Shown: positions 20,226 through 29,454, numbered from the stretch's first letter. The stretch is DNA of 64,000 nt from Nitrosopumilaceae archaeon (GCA_965214835.1 CBDCCK010000002.1:2016001-2080000), one strand, 5' to 3'. Program-made: numbers and translations. Notes: generated by a model not told the origin, from the letters alone.

Positions 20226-21104
20226 ATGAACAACAAAGCAAAAAAAACCGTACTGATCCTGTTCGGTTCGCTGATCGCCGCGGCGGTTCTGCCGCTCGGC
20301 GTGGCCGGGATGGCAGATGCTGCCGCAGACAGGGAGCAGACCAAGGAAGGCTTCAAAAGCGACGTAAAGCAGTGGCTGCAGAGCCTTGATGCAGACAAGC
20401 AGTCAAGGGCCGAAAAGGCCGAGGAGCTAAAGCGGGACTATAACGAGTTCCTGCTGGACACGATAGAGCACGTACGCGTCCTGACCGGCACCGTCGATCT
20501 AACGCTTGAGGAGAAAAAGGCCGCAATGCAGTACATCGTGGATGAGACGATAAAAGACGAGCGGTTCAAGCTTGCAACGGACGGCGACAGCGGCGGCGAC
20601 AGGCTCGACTCGGAGTTTCTGGACCTGCTCGGGATACAGACGGCCCAGGCCACGTGTCCGGCCACCACCAATCCGACGTACCGGCAGCTGGCAATCGACA
20701 TCGACGGCGGCACGTATGGGGGACACGCGTTTAACGGGGACAACGGCCTGTACCTTGTCCTGTACGAGGACGATCCTGGCAGCTGCGAGAGGACGTTTAC
20801 GCTCTCGTTCTACGACGAGGATCACCCAACACTTGACGCACTTTATGACGGCCTGAGATTCTTCCTGTACAACAGGGTGTTTGACATCGAATCATTCGTT
20901 ATCCGGAACAACAGCCAGATAATATTCGACAATTCCTGGAGCTCCGGCAATCAATATGCCTGTCTAGACGGGGCTGAGGGATGCCACGACAGCGGTACGC
21001 TGAGCTACACCCCTGGCCAGATGGTCTACGTAAGCAACACCTGGAACCACATGATGAGTACGTCTGATACAAACCCGTCCCTGACAAAGGTCTCTGTACC
21101 TTGA
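20226..21104 (+). CDS. Secreted protein 3 (signal peptide, helical pro-like region, four-Cys C-terminal domain)
   Basis: MNNKAKKTVLILFGSLIAAAVLPLGVAGMADA signal; internal IQTAQA-TC junction. Confidence 0.82.
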   Translation: MNNKAKKTVLILFGSLIAAAVLPLGVAGMADAAADREQTKEGFKSDVKQWLQSLDADKQSRAEKAEELKRDYNEFLLDTIEHVRVLTGTVDLTLEEKKAAMQYIVDETIKDERFKLATDGDSGGDRLDSEFLDLLGIQTAQATCPATTNPTYRQLAIDIDGGTYGGHAFNGDNGLYLVLYEDDPGSCERTFTLSFYDEDHPTLDALYDGLRFFLYNRVFDIESFVIRNNSQIIFDNSWSSGNQYACLDGAEGCHDSGTLSYTPGQMVYVSNTWNHMMSTSDTNPSLTKVSVP

Positions 21105-21123
21105 CCCCCTTTTTATTTTAGAA

Positions 21124-21540
21124 TTGCCGTTTGCTGCCGGCAGGCTGGTCCGATTCTTTACGGAGAAAAAGACAAACTTACTGTATGTCGTAATGCCTGC
21201 ATGCGGATCATTGATGTTGATCGATAACTGGTGTCGGAAGGCGATAGATGAGGCGATAGATGTCGTAATGCCTGCATGCGGATCATTGATGCAGTTTTTG
21301 GGTTTTTTTGAGATAAGCACGAGATATGCTACGTTGAACCCTGCAGCCATGATCATGCTCTTCTTTTGGGAGCTGACATCAATATACAAAATAGAAGTTG
21401 ACTATCTTTTAGCATTCTTTATAGTGATTGGCTCGAACCTGCTGTTCTGGGTTCCAATGGCCCGCTATGTCATGATTCCGCTTCTGAACAGGGTGTTTTA
21501 CCCCAAAGGTCGAGATGGGAAGGGATCATCTAACCGCTGA
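21124..21540 (+). CDS. Membrane protein downstream of secreted protein 3, with in-frame internal duplication
   Basis: Several hydrophobic segments; VVMPACGSLM encoded twice. Confidence 0.55.
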   Translation: MPFAAGRLVRFFTEKKTNLLYVVMPACGSLMLIDNWCRKAIDEAIDVVMPACGSLMQFLGFFEISTRYATLNPAAMIMLFFWELTSIYKIEVDYLLAFFIVIGSNLLFWVPMARYVMIPLLNRVFYPKGRDGKGSSNR

Positions 21541-22350
21541 TTTTCACATCCTGTGCGTGACTCAGACTCGAACCCTTCCTAGTTAAGACCCAATCCAAGA
21601 ATGGGTTTGTTGGGCAACCTGCGCCTTATGGGTTTATCAAATTCGACGGCGCAAGAGTTTACCTAGCCGGCATTTGCAATGGTGGCGGATGACGTGTCAT
21701 GCCTGCCCACAACCTAAACACAAGGCACTGGCATCACTGGTCACGCACCATTGCCCTCAGCAGATCCCTTTTCCCATTCCAGACATCCTGAATCCGGCGG
21801 ATATCTTGCACTTTTTTGCACAGCTCGGAAAGGCATCGCAATACGGGAAATACTGAAAATTCAAAATCTCAAAAGCCACTCTCAGTATAACCCAAAGTAT
21901 ATCATCAGAAAACATGACATAATTGTTCATGGCCAAGGCGGTTCTATAGGCTATTTTTTCACGACTTGGCCAGAAAACTTGACTCGAAATGATTTTTCGT
22001 TCAAATACGAAGGCGGATAATCAAAGTGAGGGGCGGCGATTCTGCAAAATTATTTCCATGACTCCAAATCAGAAAATTTGACTCTGGAAATGGCTTTTCA
22101 CATATGAAGATGGGCAATCAGAACCAAAAGGACAATCATAACAACAAAGAAGTTTTGAAGTGCCTTAAATTCAGAAGGGATGGGAAGAAACATCGGAAAC
22201 GGATAGGTTATTTTCAGAATCAGAATCCAAGACAAGTTGACATGATATAATATCGCCAGATTATCATAAAAAAATCACGATCATGTAGATTAATGTCATA
22301 TCACAGGGCCCGGGCATGTAATTTTCTCAGATAATATCATGATAATCAAA

Positions 22351-22600
22351 GAGCGATTAAAAATTACAGGTTTTTGACGGGCAAAAGATTCAAAAGATTC
22401 CAAGATGTACGGTATATCGTGACAGGATAGAAAGGGAAATAGCCAATACCCTCAGATTGTGTAAACTCCGTGTTTTCATGCTCATTTGATTCCTGTCATG
22501 ATTCTTGGTATTTCTTCGTACACGATATTATAATTTTAAAATTGGTTATCTGTGGTTAATCGTAATAATTTCAGCCCAGGGGGATGACTTTGGCCGGTCG
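22351..22600. repeat. Module leader, copy 1 (direct repeat of 23686-23930; weaker copy ~28130-28275)
   Basis: Shared blocks gacaggatagaaagggaaatagccaataccctcaga and taataatttcagcccagggg. Confidence 0.9.
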
Positions 22601-22620
22601 GTTCATAGCTATGGTGTGAA

Positions 22621-22703
22621 GTCTGAGGAAATCCTTCACTCAGGTAGGGTACAAGGGACTGGGACGACTCTGACGTCCCAGAAGGCTGTGGGATACAGGG
22701 CCC
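22621..22703. other. Conserved two-hairpin non-coding element, copy 1
   Basis: ctgag..ctcag and gggacg-actctga-cgtccc stems; copies at 27317 and 28291. Confidence 0.7.
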
Positions 22704-22902
22704 ACGTCAGGGGCCTGGGAGTCTTTGATTTTCAGGCCCCGGAGGGGGCCTGACGTGTGGTGGATTGGAGACCCAGAAGGGTATCCATGGGAGACTTGAC
22801 TGGTCGTTTTTGTGTCTGGTGAAGTAATGCGAGAGATCCGGTCCAAGTGCCGGCAACGTCAGGCAGAAAAAAAATAGTGAAAATGTAGCTTTTTGCGATA
22901 GT

Positions 22903-23084
22903 CAAAAGTTACACTATGTACATTTTGGGGCGGCCAAAAGTTACACTATGTACATTTTGGGGCGGCCAAAAGTTACACTATGTACATTTTGGGGCGGCCA
23001 AAAGTTACACTATGTACATTTTGGGGCGGCCAAAAGTTACACTATGTACATTTTGGGGCGGCCAAAAGTTACACTATGTACATT
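22903..23084. repeat. Tandem array of a 32-bp unit x5.7
   Basis: caaaagttacactatgtacattttggggcggc, identical units, no spacers. Confidence 0.97.
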
Positions 23085-23137
23085 ATGTACATTTGGCAAA
23101 AAGTTGGCCCTTAAACGTGAAATTACAGATACAGTAC

Positions 23138-23434
23138 ATGCCTGAAAAAAAATATTATAGAAAGGTGCGCAGGCAGGGCCATAGCCTCGTCATCACGATT
23201 CCAAATGCACTGGTGGAGAATCTCGACATTGACGAGGATCAGATCGTCGAGTTTGTGAGTTTTGAGGATCGGATGGAACTAATCCCCATGCGGACCCAGC
23301 ACACTTCATCAAGCGAAGGCGGCAAGGACAAGTACGATCTTGCGCTTGACAAGGCAATGGAGAATTCCAAAAAGCACGGGGAGGAACCTGATGCCTCCTA
23401 TGATAAAAAACTGGAAAGGCTGCATCTCAAATGA
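23138..23434 (+). CDS. AbrB/MazE/SpoVT-like DNA-binding protein 1
   Basis: RKVRRQGHSLVITIPNALVENLDIDEDQIVEF; TATA-like ttaaa at 23111. Confidence 0.85.
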   Translation: MPEKKYYRKVRRQGHSLVITIPNALVENLDIDEDQIVEFVSFEDRMELIPMRTQHTSSSEGGKDKYDLALDKAMENSKKHGEEPDASYDKKLERLHLK

Positions 23435-23685
23435 CCAGGGCCGTCACTCCCTGCCTCTCCTTTTCATCTAGGGTCTCGAAGATCTTGTGGATTTTCGGGC
23501 TCCTTGACCACACGTGACACTGCTCAAAGCCAAGTTTTCCCACTTTGTCATGTTGTATCTGACATGCCCGCGACGGCTTTCTGGGATACGGACTCTGCCT
23601 ATGGGGCATCCTGCAACCACAGGCGACAGGATCCGTCCTGTCCTTGGGAAGATGATCTCCTCGGATGATTCCTATGACAGCCAAT

Positions 23686-23960
23686 GAGTGATTAAAAATT
23701 GTAGACTTTTGGCGGGCAAAAGGTTCAAAAGATTCCGAGACACATGATGTATCATGACAGGATAGAAAGGGAAATAGCCAATACCCTCAGAATTGATAAA
23801 CTCTGTTTTTCATGTTCTTGATTCCTGTCATATTTTTTGATATTTCTCCGGACATGATATCATAATTTTAAAATAATTATCTGGGGTTAATTGTAATAAT
23901 TTCAGCCCAGGGGATGATTTTGGCCAGTCGATTCGGAACGGTCATCCGGGGTCTGGAGGG
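23686..23960. repeat. Module leader, copy 2, ending at the helicase-cassette junction
   Basis: Homologous to 22351-22630; ends gggtctggagg. Confidence 0.85.
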
Positions 23961-24109
23961 ACTAATCTGGCACTCACCGCTTATTTTGGACCCAAGCTGA
24001 ACGGCTTTGACAATTCTTCTTTGCTAACTGGCTAGTCTGAATCTAGCGTTGGGTTCGCTGTTTATGAATGACTTATGGATCGTAAGAAACGATTACGATG
24101 TAGCAGACA

Positions 24110-26653
24110 TTACTTGCTGTGTTTTATTTCCTCAGTATATTTTCTAGTTAAATTATAAAGATCTAACTTATGCTCGGACAATTTTGTCTTTATCAGTTCC
24201 TCTGTAATGTCGTCCAATGGGTATCGGTTGAAGCAAGTATAGAATTTTATGACATTTTCCTTCAAATTGTCGAGGTTCGCCTCTCTGATGACATACGGTT
24301 TTTGCGTAGGAAACGCGTCACGGTTCAACGTATTGGCAGGATGAATTAAAATTGGTTTTAGGTCGCATTCTTCGTAATACTTGTTGAACCAACCTATGTC
24401 GTTATCAAGCTGGCCTATCTCTTTTTTGGAAATGTGTGGTCGATCATATTTCACCTCGTTTTTACACGATATGAGCCAGTACATTTTACCGCCAACGCTC
24501 CACAAGTTGTCAGGTCCCTTGTCACTTTCTTTTTCTGGCCGTTGTGAGGGAAAACCAAGCAGTTCTCCAAGTCCCTTGATCCCCTCTTCAAAGGATTCGG
24601 AGGGAGTGCCAAATGCCACACTGTCTAAAGTACGCCTAAGGTCAGCCATTAGCAAATTGTGGGATTCGTGTTTTCTTATCCATCCTAAAATTTCTGCTTC
24701 ACGGCCATTTGTGTCACTTGAAAGTCTGTTGTAGACCGTACCTAGTTCTGGTTTGTGTAACAAATTATTTTTTTTGAAAGCTTTCTTCTGTTTTTCCATT
24801 GAACCTGTTGCATCGCTGGGATAAAGATAAGTGGCCATTAGCTGTAAATACCAGCCCTTGTCATTTTCTGCAACGGCATCCATGATTTTATTAACTGTTT
24901 TAACGGCGCCGGAAAAATCGTCATGCTGGTATTTTAACTCTGCATCACGTTCTAGTTGGAAGATCTTCAGAAATTCATTACTTAAACATACAGGTTCAAC
25001 CTCTTTCATTTTTTTATCATAATAGCTCTTCCAAGATTTCTCTCGATCCAAAGACTGCTGTATGAGCTTTTCAACTACATCCAACATGTTCCTTCCTTCC
25101 TTTTTCATTTCCTTGGCAAGTATCTCTGCAATTTCAATTTGTTTTTTAGTTTTATCGGATAGAAACTTACGCTTGTCGGTTTCTGAAACAAAATCTGACA
25201 GGCTGTCTCCAGTGATGATAACTATGCACCAGTCGCTACCTCCTCTGATTGCCCTGCCTATGCCCTGTTCTATGCGCTGAGATAATAGTCGCCTCACAGC
25301 GGAAGACCCTTCTCGTACTTTTTGCACATACGATTCAAACAATGACATATGTACAGGCATCGAATCCAAGCACAGAATCCGACATAGACTGTCAGGCAAA
25401 TCGACTCCGTCATATTTGTTTACCAAGACAGTCACCTTCGTGCATCTGTTTTCCCGTATTGCATCTTTGACTTTTTTTAGTTTTTCTTCTAAATTTTTCA
25501 CATCAGCAATGTCCCCACCTTCCCGAGTCCAATCCTCAGCGAGTTTTGACGAGGGAACTATCGACATCGTGCCAAATTCCCCATGCTTTTCGGCCAATTT
25601 GGAAACCCACTTGATCATCTTATATCTAGTCAAAGATGGACTGACTAGTGTAGGAATTATAACGAGTCGTTCACCGCGGTATTTGGATGCTGAGGTTAAT
25701 GGATTAGACACGCTGTCTGCATCTATGCCCAGATCTCTTACTAAAAAGGCGTCATCGTTGAGAGTTGCAGAGAGAAAAATTCGCCGCTTGGCACCTGTGA
25801 ATGAGGGAAGCATATCGATTGGTGACAGCCTCAAAGAAATTTGCATCTTTTTACCGGAGAAGAGGCAGGCAGAAGAAGGGATCTTGTTTTTTAGAAAATC
25901 CCATGCAAACTTTACACTTTGTACGTCTTTGTGTTCGTTCAATATTTCTAGCACGTTTTTGCGATTATCATGCCATGCCCAGAATGGTACTGCCATGACG
26001 CCGTCCGAGCCCCCTTTGATATCGATGCAGGTTCCTTGCGCTTGGCGCATTAGCGGCGCTTCAAACAACGCCCACAGCTCGTTGTAAAGACGTTTTTCTT
26101 CTTCCGAATCATTTTTTGAGACAGTGATAGAGAAAGATTTACGGATTATATCTACACAAGCATGAGCATCATCCATGACCAGAGCCCCAATTGGGACAAT
26201 GTCTTTACCAGATCCAGAAACGGCAAAAACAGACTTGCCGTTAAATAATTTCTGGCAGGTCGTGATCAGGATGGCCTTGGAGTTGCGAAAATCTAAAGGA
26301 AGTTTCCTATCTTCACAGGCCAGAACTGTTTTTATCCCGAATGACTCTGCTTCGCGAGTGGCCTGCTTGACCAGATAAGTGTCAGGACACAAGAAAATAG
26401 CTGGTCCCAGTCCAGCGTTTAAGCTTGATTGCAGCATTAAAAGGCCCAGAAGGGTTTTTCCCTCACCGGTATGGAGTTTGACTATGACATCTTTTTTATC
26501 AAGATGGTTTTCATGCCAGTTTTTTAATATTGTTTCTTGGTTGGTGCGCAGATCTTCCTTGGTTACTTGCTTGTCCAGGCGCTCAAAAATCTTCAGAGGA
26601 TCTGTCTCGTTGGCGTTTGATTCCCCTCCCAGCAGCCTATCAAAATCAACCAA
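24110..26653 (-). CDS. SF2 helicase with C-terminal PD-(D/E)xK-like nuclease (Hna-like anti-phage protein)
   Basis: KLHTGEGKT, MDDAHAC, LSATL, YDGVDLP, QGIGRAIRG; C-terminal GPDNLW...ISCKNE; AT-rich. Confidence 0.8.
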   Translation of the reverse strand: MVDFDRLLGGESNANETDPLKIFERLDKQVTKEDLRTNQETILKNWHENHLDKKDVIVKLHTGEGKTLLGLLMLQSSLNAGLGPAIFLCPDTYLVKQATREAESFGIKTVLACEDRKLPLDFRNSKAILITTCQKLFNGKSVFAVSGSGKDIVPIGALVMDDAHACVDIIRKSFSITVSKNDSEEEKRLYNELWALFEAPLMRQAQGTCIDIKGGSDGVMAVPFWAWHDNRKNVLEILNEHKDVQSVKFAWDFLKNKIPSSACLFSGKKMQISLRLSPIDMLPSFTGAKRRIFLSATLNDDAFLVRDLGIDADSVSNPLTSASKYRGERLVIIPTLVSPSLTRYKMIKWVSKLAEKHGEFGTMSIVPSSKLAEDWTREGGDIADVKNLEEKLKKVKDAIRENRCTKVTVLVNKYDGVDLPDSLCRILCLDSMPVHMSLFESYVQKVREGSSAVRRLLSQRIEQGIGRAIRGGSDWCIVIITGDSLSDFVSETDKRKFLSDKTKKQIEIAEILAKEMKKEGRNMLDVVEKLIQQSLDREKSWKSYYDKKMKEVEPVCLSNEFLKIFQLERDAELKYQHDDFSGAVKTVNKIMDAVAENDKGWYLQLMATYLYPSDATGSMEKQKKAFKKNNLLHKPELGTVYNRLSSDTNGREAEILGWIRKHESHNLLMADLRRTLDSVAFGTPSESFEEGIKGLGELLGFPSQRPEKESDKGPDNLWSVGGKMYWLISCKNEVKYDRPHISKKEIGQLDNDIGWFNKYYEECDLKPILIHPANTLNRDAFPTQKPYVIREANLDNLKENVIKFYTCFNRYPLDDITEELIKTKLSEHKLDLYNLTRKYTEEIKHSK

Positions 26654-27038
26654 TCCGTCTCGATTCTATGATCTGACATACCTTGTAAAAACCATCTGTT
26701 TTTGCCACAGTAATGAAGCAGATTACCTGTTCGGATCTGATCGAAAGGCGGTCTAAAGTGGTTCCAGTGTACGATAAAAAGTACGAAGTGCTTTGTCTCA
26801 TACGCGCTTCCTTCCCAGTCAAATTCTGCGTTTATGATCTTGCCGTTCGGATCTCCATCAAGAAAGTCCCTGATCCCATACGGAACCAAGTTCCTGCTTC
26901 ACTTCATCTTCCAGCTTTCCTCCAATTTCTTCGAATCCACCAGTATCAGGTAGAAGCGGTATGCGCTATCAAGCCTTAGGGATGATCCGAAATTGAAATT
27001 AGAAACCTCGCAAATGCCCGGATTTTTCTGTAAGTTTG

Positions 27039-27149
27039 CAGCTAAGTGAAAAGTACCCTGAAATTGAGTAAAAACAAAAACTGGGCATGAGACACAACGC
27101 CTCAGCAGTAAGGCAAAACAACAAATCTCATTTACATTTCACTTAGCTG
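27039..27149. mobile_element. MITE family A, copy 3
   Basis: TIR cagctaagtgaaaagta / tacatttcacttagctg. Confidence 0.8.
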
Positions 27150-27316
27150 GTTTGCCAAGTAGTTTTATAGATAACCTATCATTTGTAAGAATTTTAATCT
27201 ATTAATGTAAATTCATTTATGCTCGTCAGAATTTGCTAATTTCGAATCAGCTCTCAGATCTACCTTCATGTATCAATATGGTTTTGGGTCTATTTTAATC
27301 AGTAGAAGATAGGCGG

Positions 27317-27395
27317 GTCTGAGGAAATCTCTTACTCGGGTAGGGTTGAGGGACGGACGATATGACGTCCCAGAAGGCTGTGGGGATCAGGGATC
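27317..27395. other. Conserved two-hairpin non-coding element, copy 2
   Basis: gtctgaggaaatc..actcgggtagggt..ggacgatatgacgtcccagaaggctgtggg. Confidence 0.7.
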
Positions 27396-27488
27396 CACGT
27401 TATGTGGCTCTTGTGTTCTGGTTTCATTTTCTGTGTTTTGTGTATTAATGCGAGTTGAAATTCCGTTACTGGCCCTCGGAGATTGGGG

Positions 27489-27635
27489 CCTTTGGCGCCG
27501 TTTTTTGGCGCCTTTGGCCCCTGTAAGATAGGTACCAAACGCACCTTTGGCGCCGTTTTTTGGCGCCATTGGCCCCTGTCGGGCAGGTACCAAACGCACC
27601 TTTGGCGCCGTTTTTTGGCGCCTTTGGCCCCTGTC
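27489..27635. repeat. Tandem array of a 55-bp unit x2.7 built from tttggcgcc motifs
   Basis: cctttggcgccgttttttggcgcctttggcccctgt-NNNNN-aggtaccaaacgca with a variable 5-mer (aagat / cgggc). Confidence 0.95.
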
Positions 27636-27665
27636 TTAAATGAATATCCAACATTTGCTGATGGC

Positions 27666-27974
27666 ATGGAAAAGATACATGAGCGAAGGCTCAGCATCAA
27701 GGACAACTCTTCATTTTTTGCGGTCATTCCATCCGTGATGGTACAAAGCCTAGGTTTGAGACCAGACGAGTACATACGGTTCCACGACCTTGGCGGCAAA
27801 GTCGTGCTGACACCCGGTGGAAAGAGCCTGTCAAAAAAGGACCTCACAGACATTGACTGGTATGAGCGGGCCTTTGATGAGGCAATGAAGGAAGGCAGAC
27901 AAAAAATAGAATGCTCCCCCGCCGGAGAAGCCACCTCCAGGACGAGTGCCTTGGAAAAATTCAGGATCAGATAG
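27666..27974 (+). CDS. AbrB-like DNA-binding protein 2
   Basis: RRLSIKDNSSFFAVIPSVMVQSLGLRPDEYIRF; C-terminal YERAFDEAM..LEKFRIR parallels YDLALDKAM..LERLHLK of protein 1. Confidence 0.8.
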   Translation: MEKIHERRLSIKDNSSFFAVIPSVMVQSLGLRPDEYIRFHDLGGKVVLTPGGKSLSKKDLTDIDWYERAFDEAMKEGRQKIECSPAGEATSRTSALEKFRIR

Positions 27975-28290
27975 ACACCAGCCCTGTGTCTTTTTCCCCT
28001 CATCCTCAAGGGAGGCGTGAATCTGGTGTATCTTGGGGCTTTTGAACCATACGTGACACCTGTCAGACCCCTCTCTTTCCACTTTGTCATGTTGTACCTT
28101 ACGTGCTCCCAACGGCTGTTTACAACTCTGTTTCTCATGTTTTGGTTCCTGCCATGTTTTCTGATAGTTTCGGCCCCCTTCTCCAGACATGATATTATTA
28201 TGAAATCTTGAGGTTAATCATCTGTGATTAATCGTAGTGATTTCAGCCCGCGAGAATATCTCGGCCCTCGATCCGGAATGACAGTGTGGA

Positions 28291-28375
28291 GTCTGAGGGA
28301 ATTTTTCACTCAGGTAAAGATAAGGGACTGGGACGGCTCTGACGTCCCGGAAGGTTGTGGGGGATCAGGTGCCCT
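28291..28375. other. Conserved two-hairpin non-coding element, copy 3
   Basis: gtctgaggga..cactcaggta..gggactgggacggctctgacgtcccggaaggttgtggg. Confidence 0.7.
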
Positions 28376-28524
28376 GTTGAGGGTCCCGGGCGTCCTGGTC
28401 TTGTTTTTTGTGAAATCGTAGGGTAATGCGAGTCAGCTTGCCACGAATGTCTTTGCAAAGCTTGCAAGGTTTTTTTGCAAAGCTTGCAAAAACGCGCCCT
28501 GAGTTTGTTTCAAACTCTGAATGC

Positions 28525-28833
28525 ATGGAATCCGTACAAAAAACATGGCCGAGTCATCTGCGGGCACAGCGGCGGGGCAGTCGTGTCCAGCGTCCCAAAG
28601 AGACTTGTAGACAAGCTGTGGCTTGGGGCAGGGGGGAGAGGGAGGGACTTCTCATAGCGGGCGAGTCAAACGGCACGACAATGGCAAAGCCGATGGAGGC
28701 AAGGCTTGTAAAAAAGGATCTCAAGACGGGAGATGCGGGCGGCGCGTCCTCAAAGGCGCGGGACAGGCCCAAGCACGACAATCCCTTTGATGACCCCGGC
28801 TTTGATCCGCTCCCAGGGCCGGAGATCAAATGA
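28525..28833 (+). pseudogene. Frameshifted AbrB-like gene 3
   Basis: GRVICGHSGGAVVSSVPKRLVDKLWLG in one frame, start and C-terminus in another; preceded by tttgcaaagcttgcaa x2. Confidence 0.6.
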
Positions 28834-28850
28834 TGATTACACATGCAGCG

Positions 28851-29125
28851 GTTGCCAGTAACAGGGAAGAAATGTTCCCGCTAGTGGGCTACTGTTGCCA
28901 GCTTCCGGGAAGAAATGTTCCCGCTAGTGGGCTACTGTTGCCAGCTTCCGGGAAGAAATGTTCCCGCTAGTGGGCTACTGTTGCCAGCTTCCGGGAAGAA
29001 ATGTTCCCGCTAGTGGGCTACTGTTGCCAGCTTCCGGGAAGAAATGTTCCCGCTAGTGGGCTACTGTAGCCAGCTTCCGGGAAGAAATGTTCCCGCTAGT
29101 GGGCTACTGTAGCCAACTACAGGAA
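28851..29125. repeat. Tandem array of a 43-bp unit x~6
   Basis: gggaagaaatgttcccgctagtgggctactgttgccagcttcc, degenerate at both ends. Confidence 0.97.
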
Positions 29126-29375
29126 GGATCGTGGTGTTGCATTGCGATCATCCGGCTCGGCCTCTGGCGCTTTAGGAAAATCCCCACTGCCGTCTGCCCG
29201 AGGAGAACTCAGACAGGATAAACGCAGGTATCACGGGGGGATCGCCAAGGCAAGAGCTTGCCCCCTCCCCGGGATGCGATATGGGGACATGATCATCAAG
29301 ACCCCGGCAGGCAGTGCCGCCCGGGGGCAATCTCCCACCATCAACGATCCTTGGCCCTCTTGGCCGGGGATCCGT

Positions 29376-29454
29376 TAGACTTTATGCGTATTTGCCAAAA
29401 ATGACGCAAAGCTGCATGATTTTTTTGATCTGCACCGATTACGCACAATGTCTG
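29376..29454. mobile_element. MITE family C
   Basis: Reverse-complement homolog of 53172-53251; ends tagactttatgcgta / tacgcacaatgtctg. Confidence 0.75.

Noticed and set aside
21550-21590. gactcgaaccc as the second att site (tRNA 3' fragment)
   Set aside because: Only a T-loop-like few bases; it does not match the tRNA-Val 3' end
21751-22250. Possible decayed gene
   Set aside because: Multiple stops, no identifiable family
22903-23084. CRISPR or TIGR-like array
   Set aside because: Units are contiguous and identical with no spacers, and no cas/tas gene is present; the same applies to 28851-29125
22916-23137. Repetitive N-terminal extension of AbrB-1
   Set aside because: 32-bp unit cycles through frames; a TATA-like box and ATG at 23138 give a normal-length AbrB
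26593-26990. Gene upstream of the helicase
   Set aside because: Fragmented frames with no recognisable motif; at best a remnant
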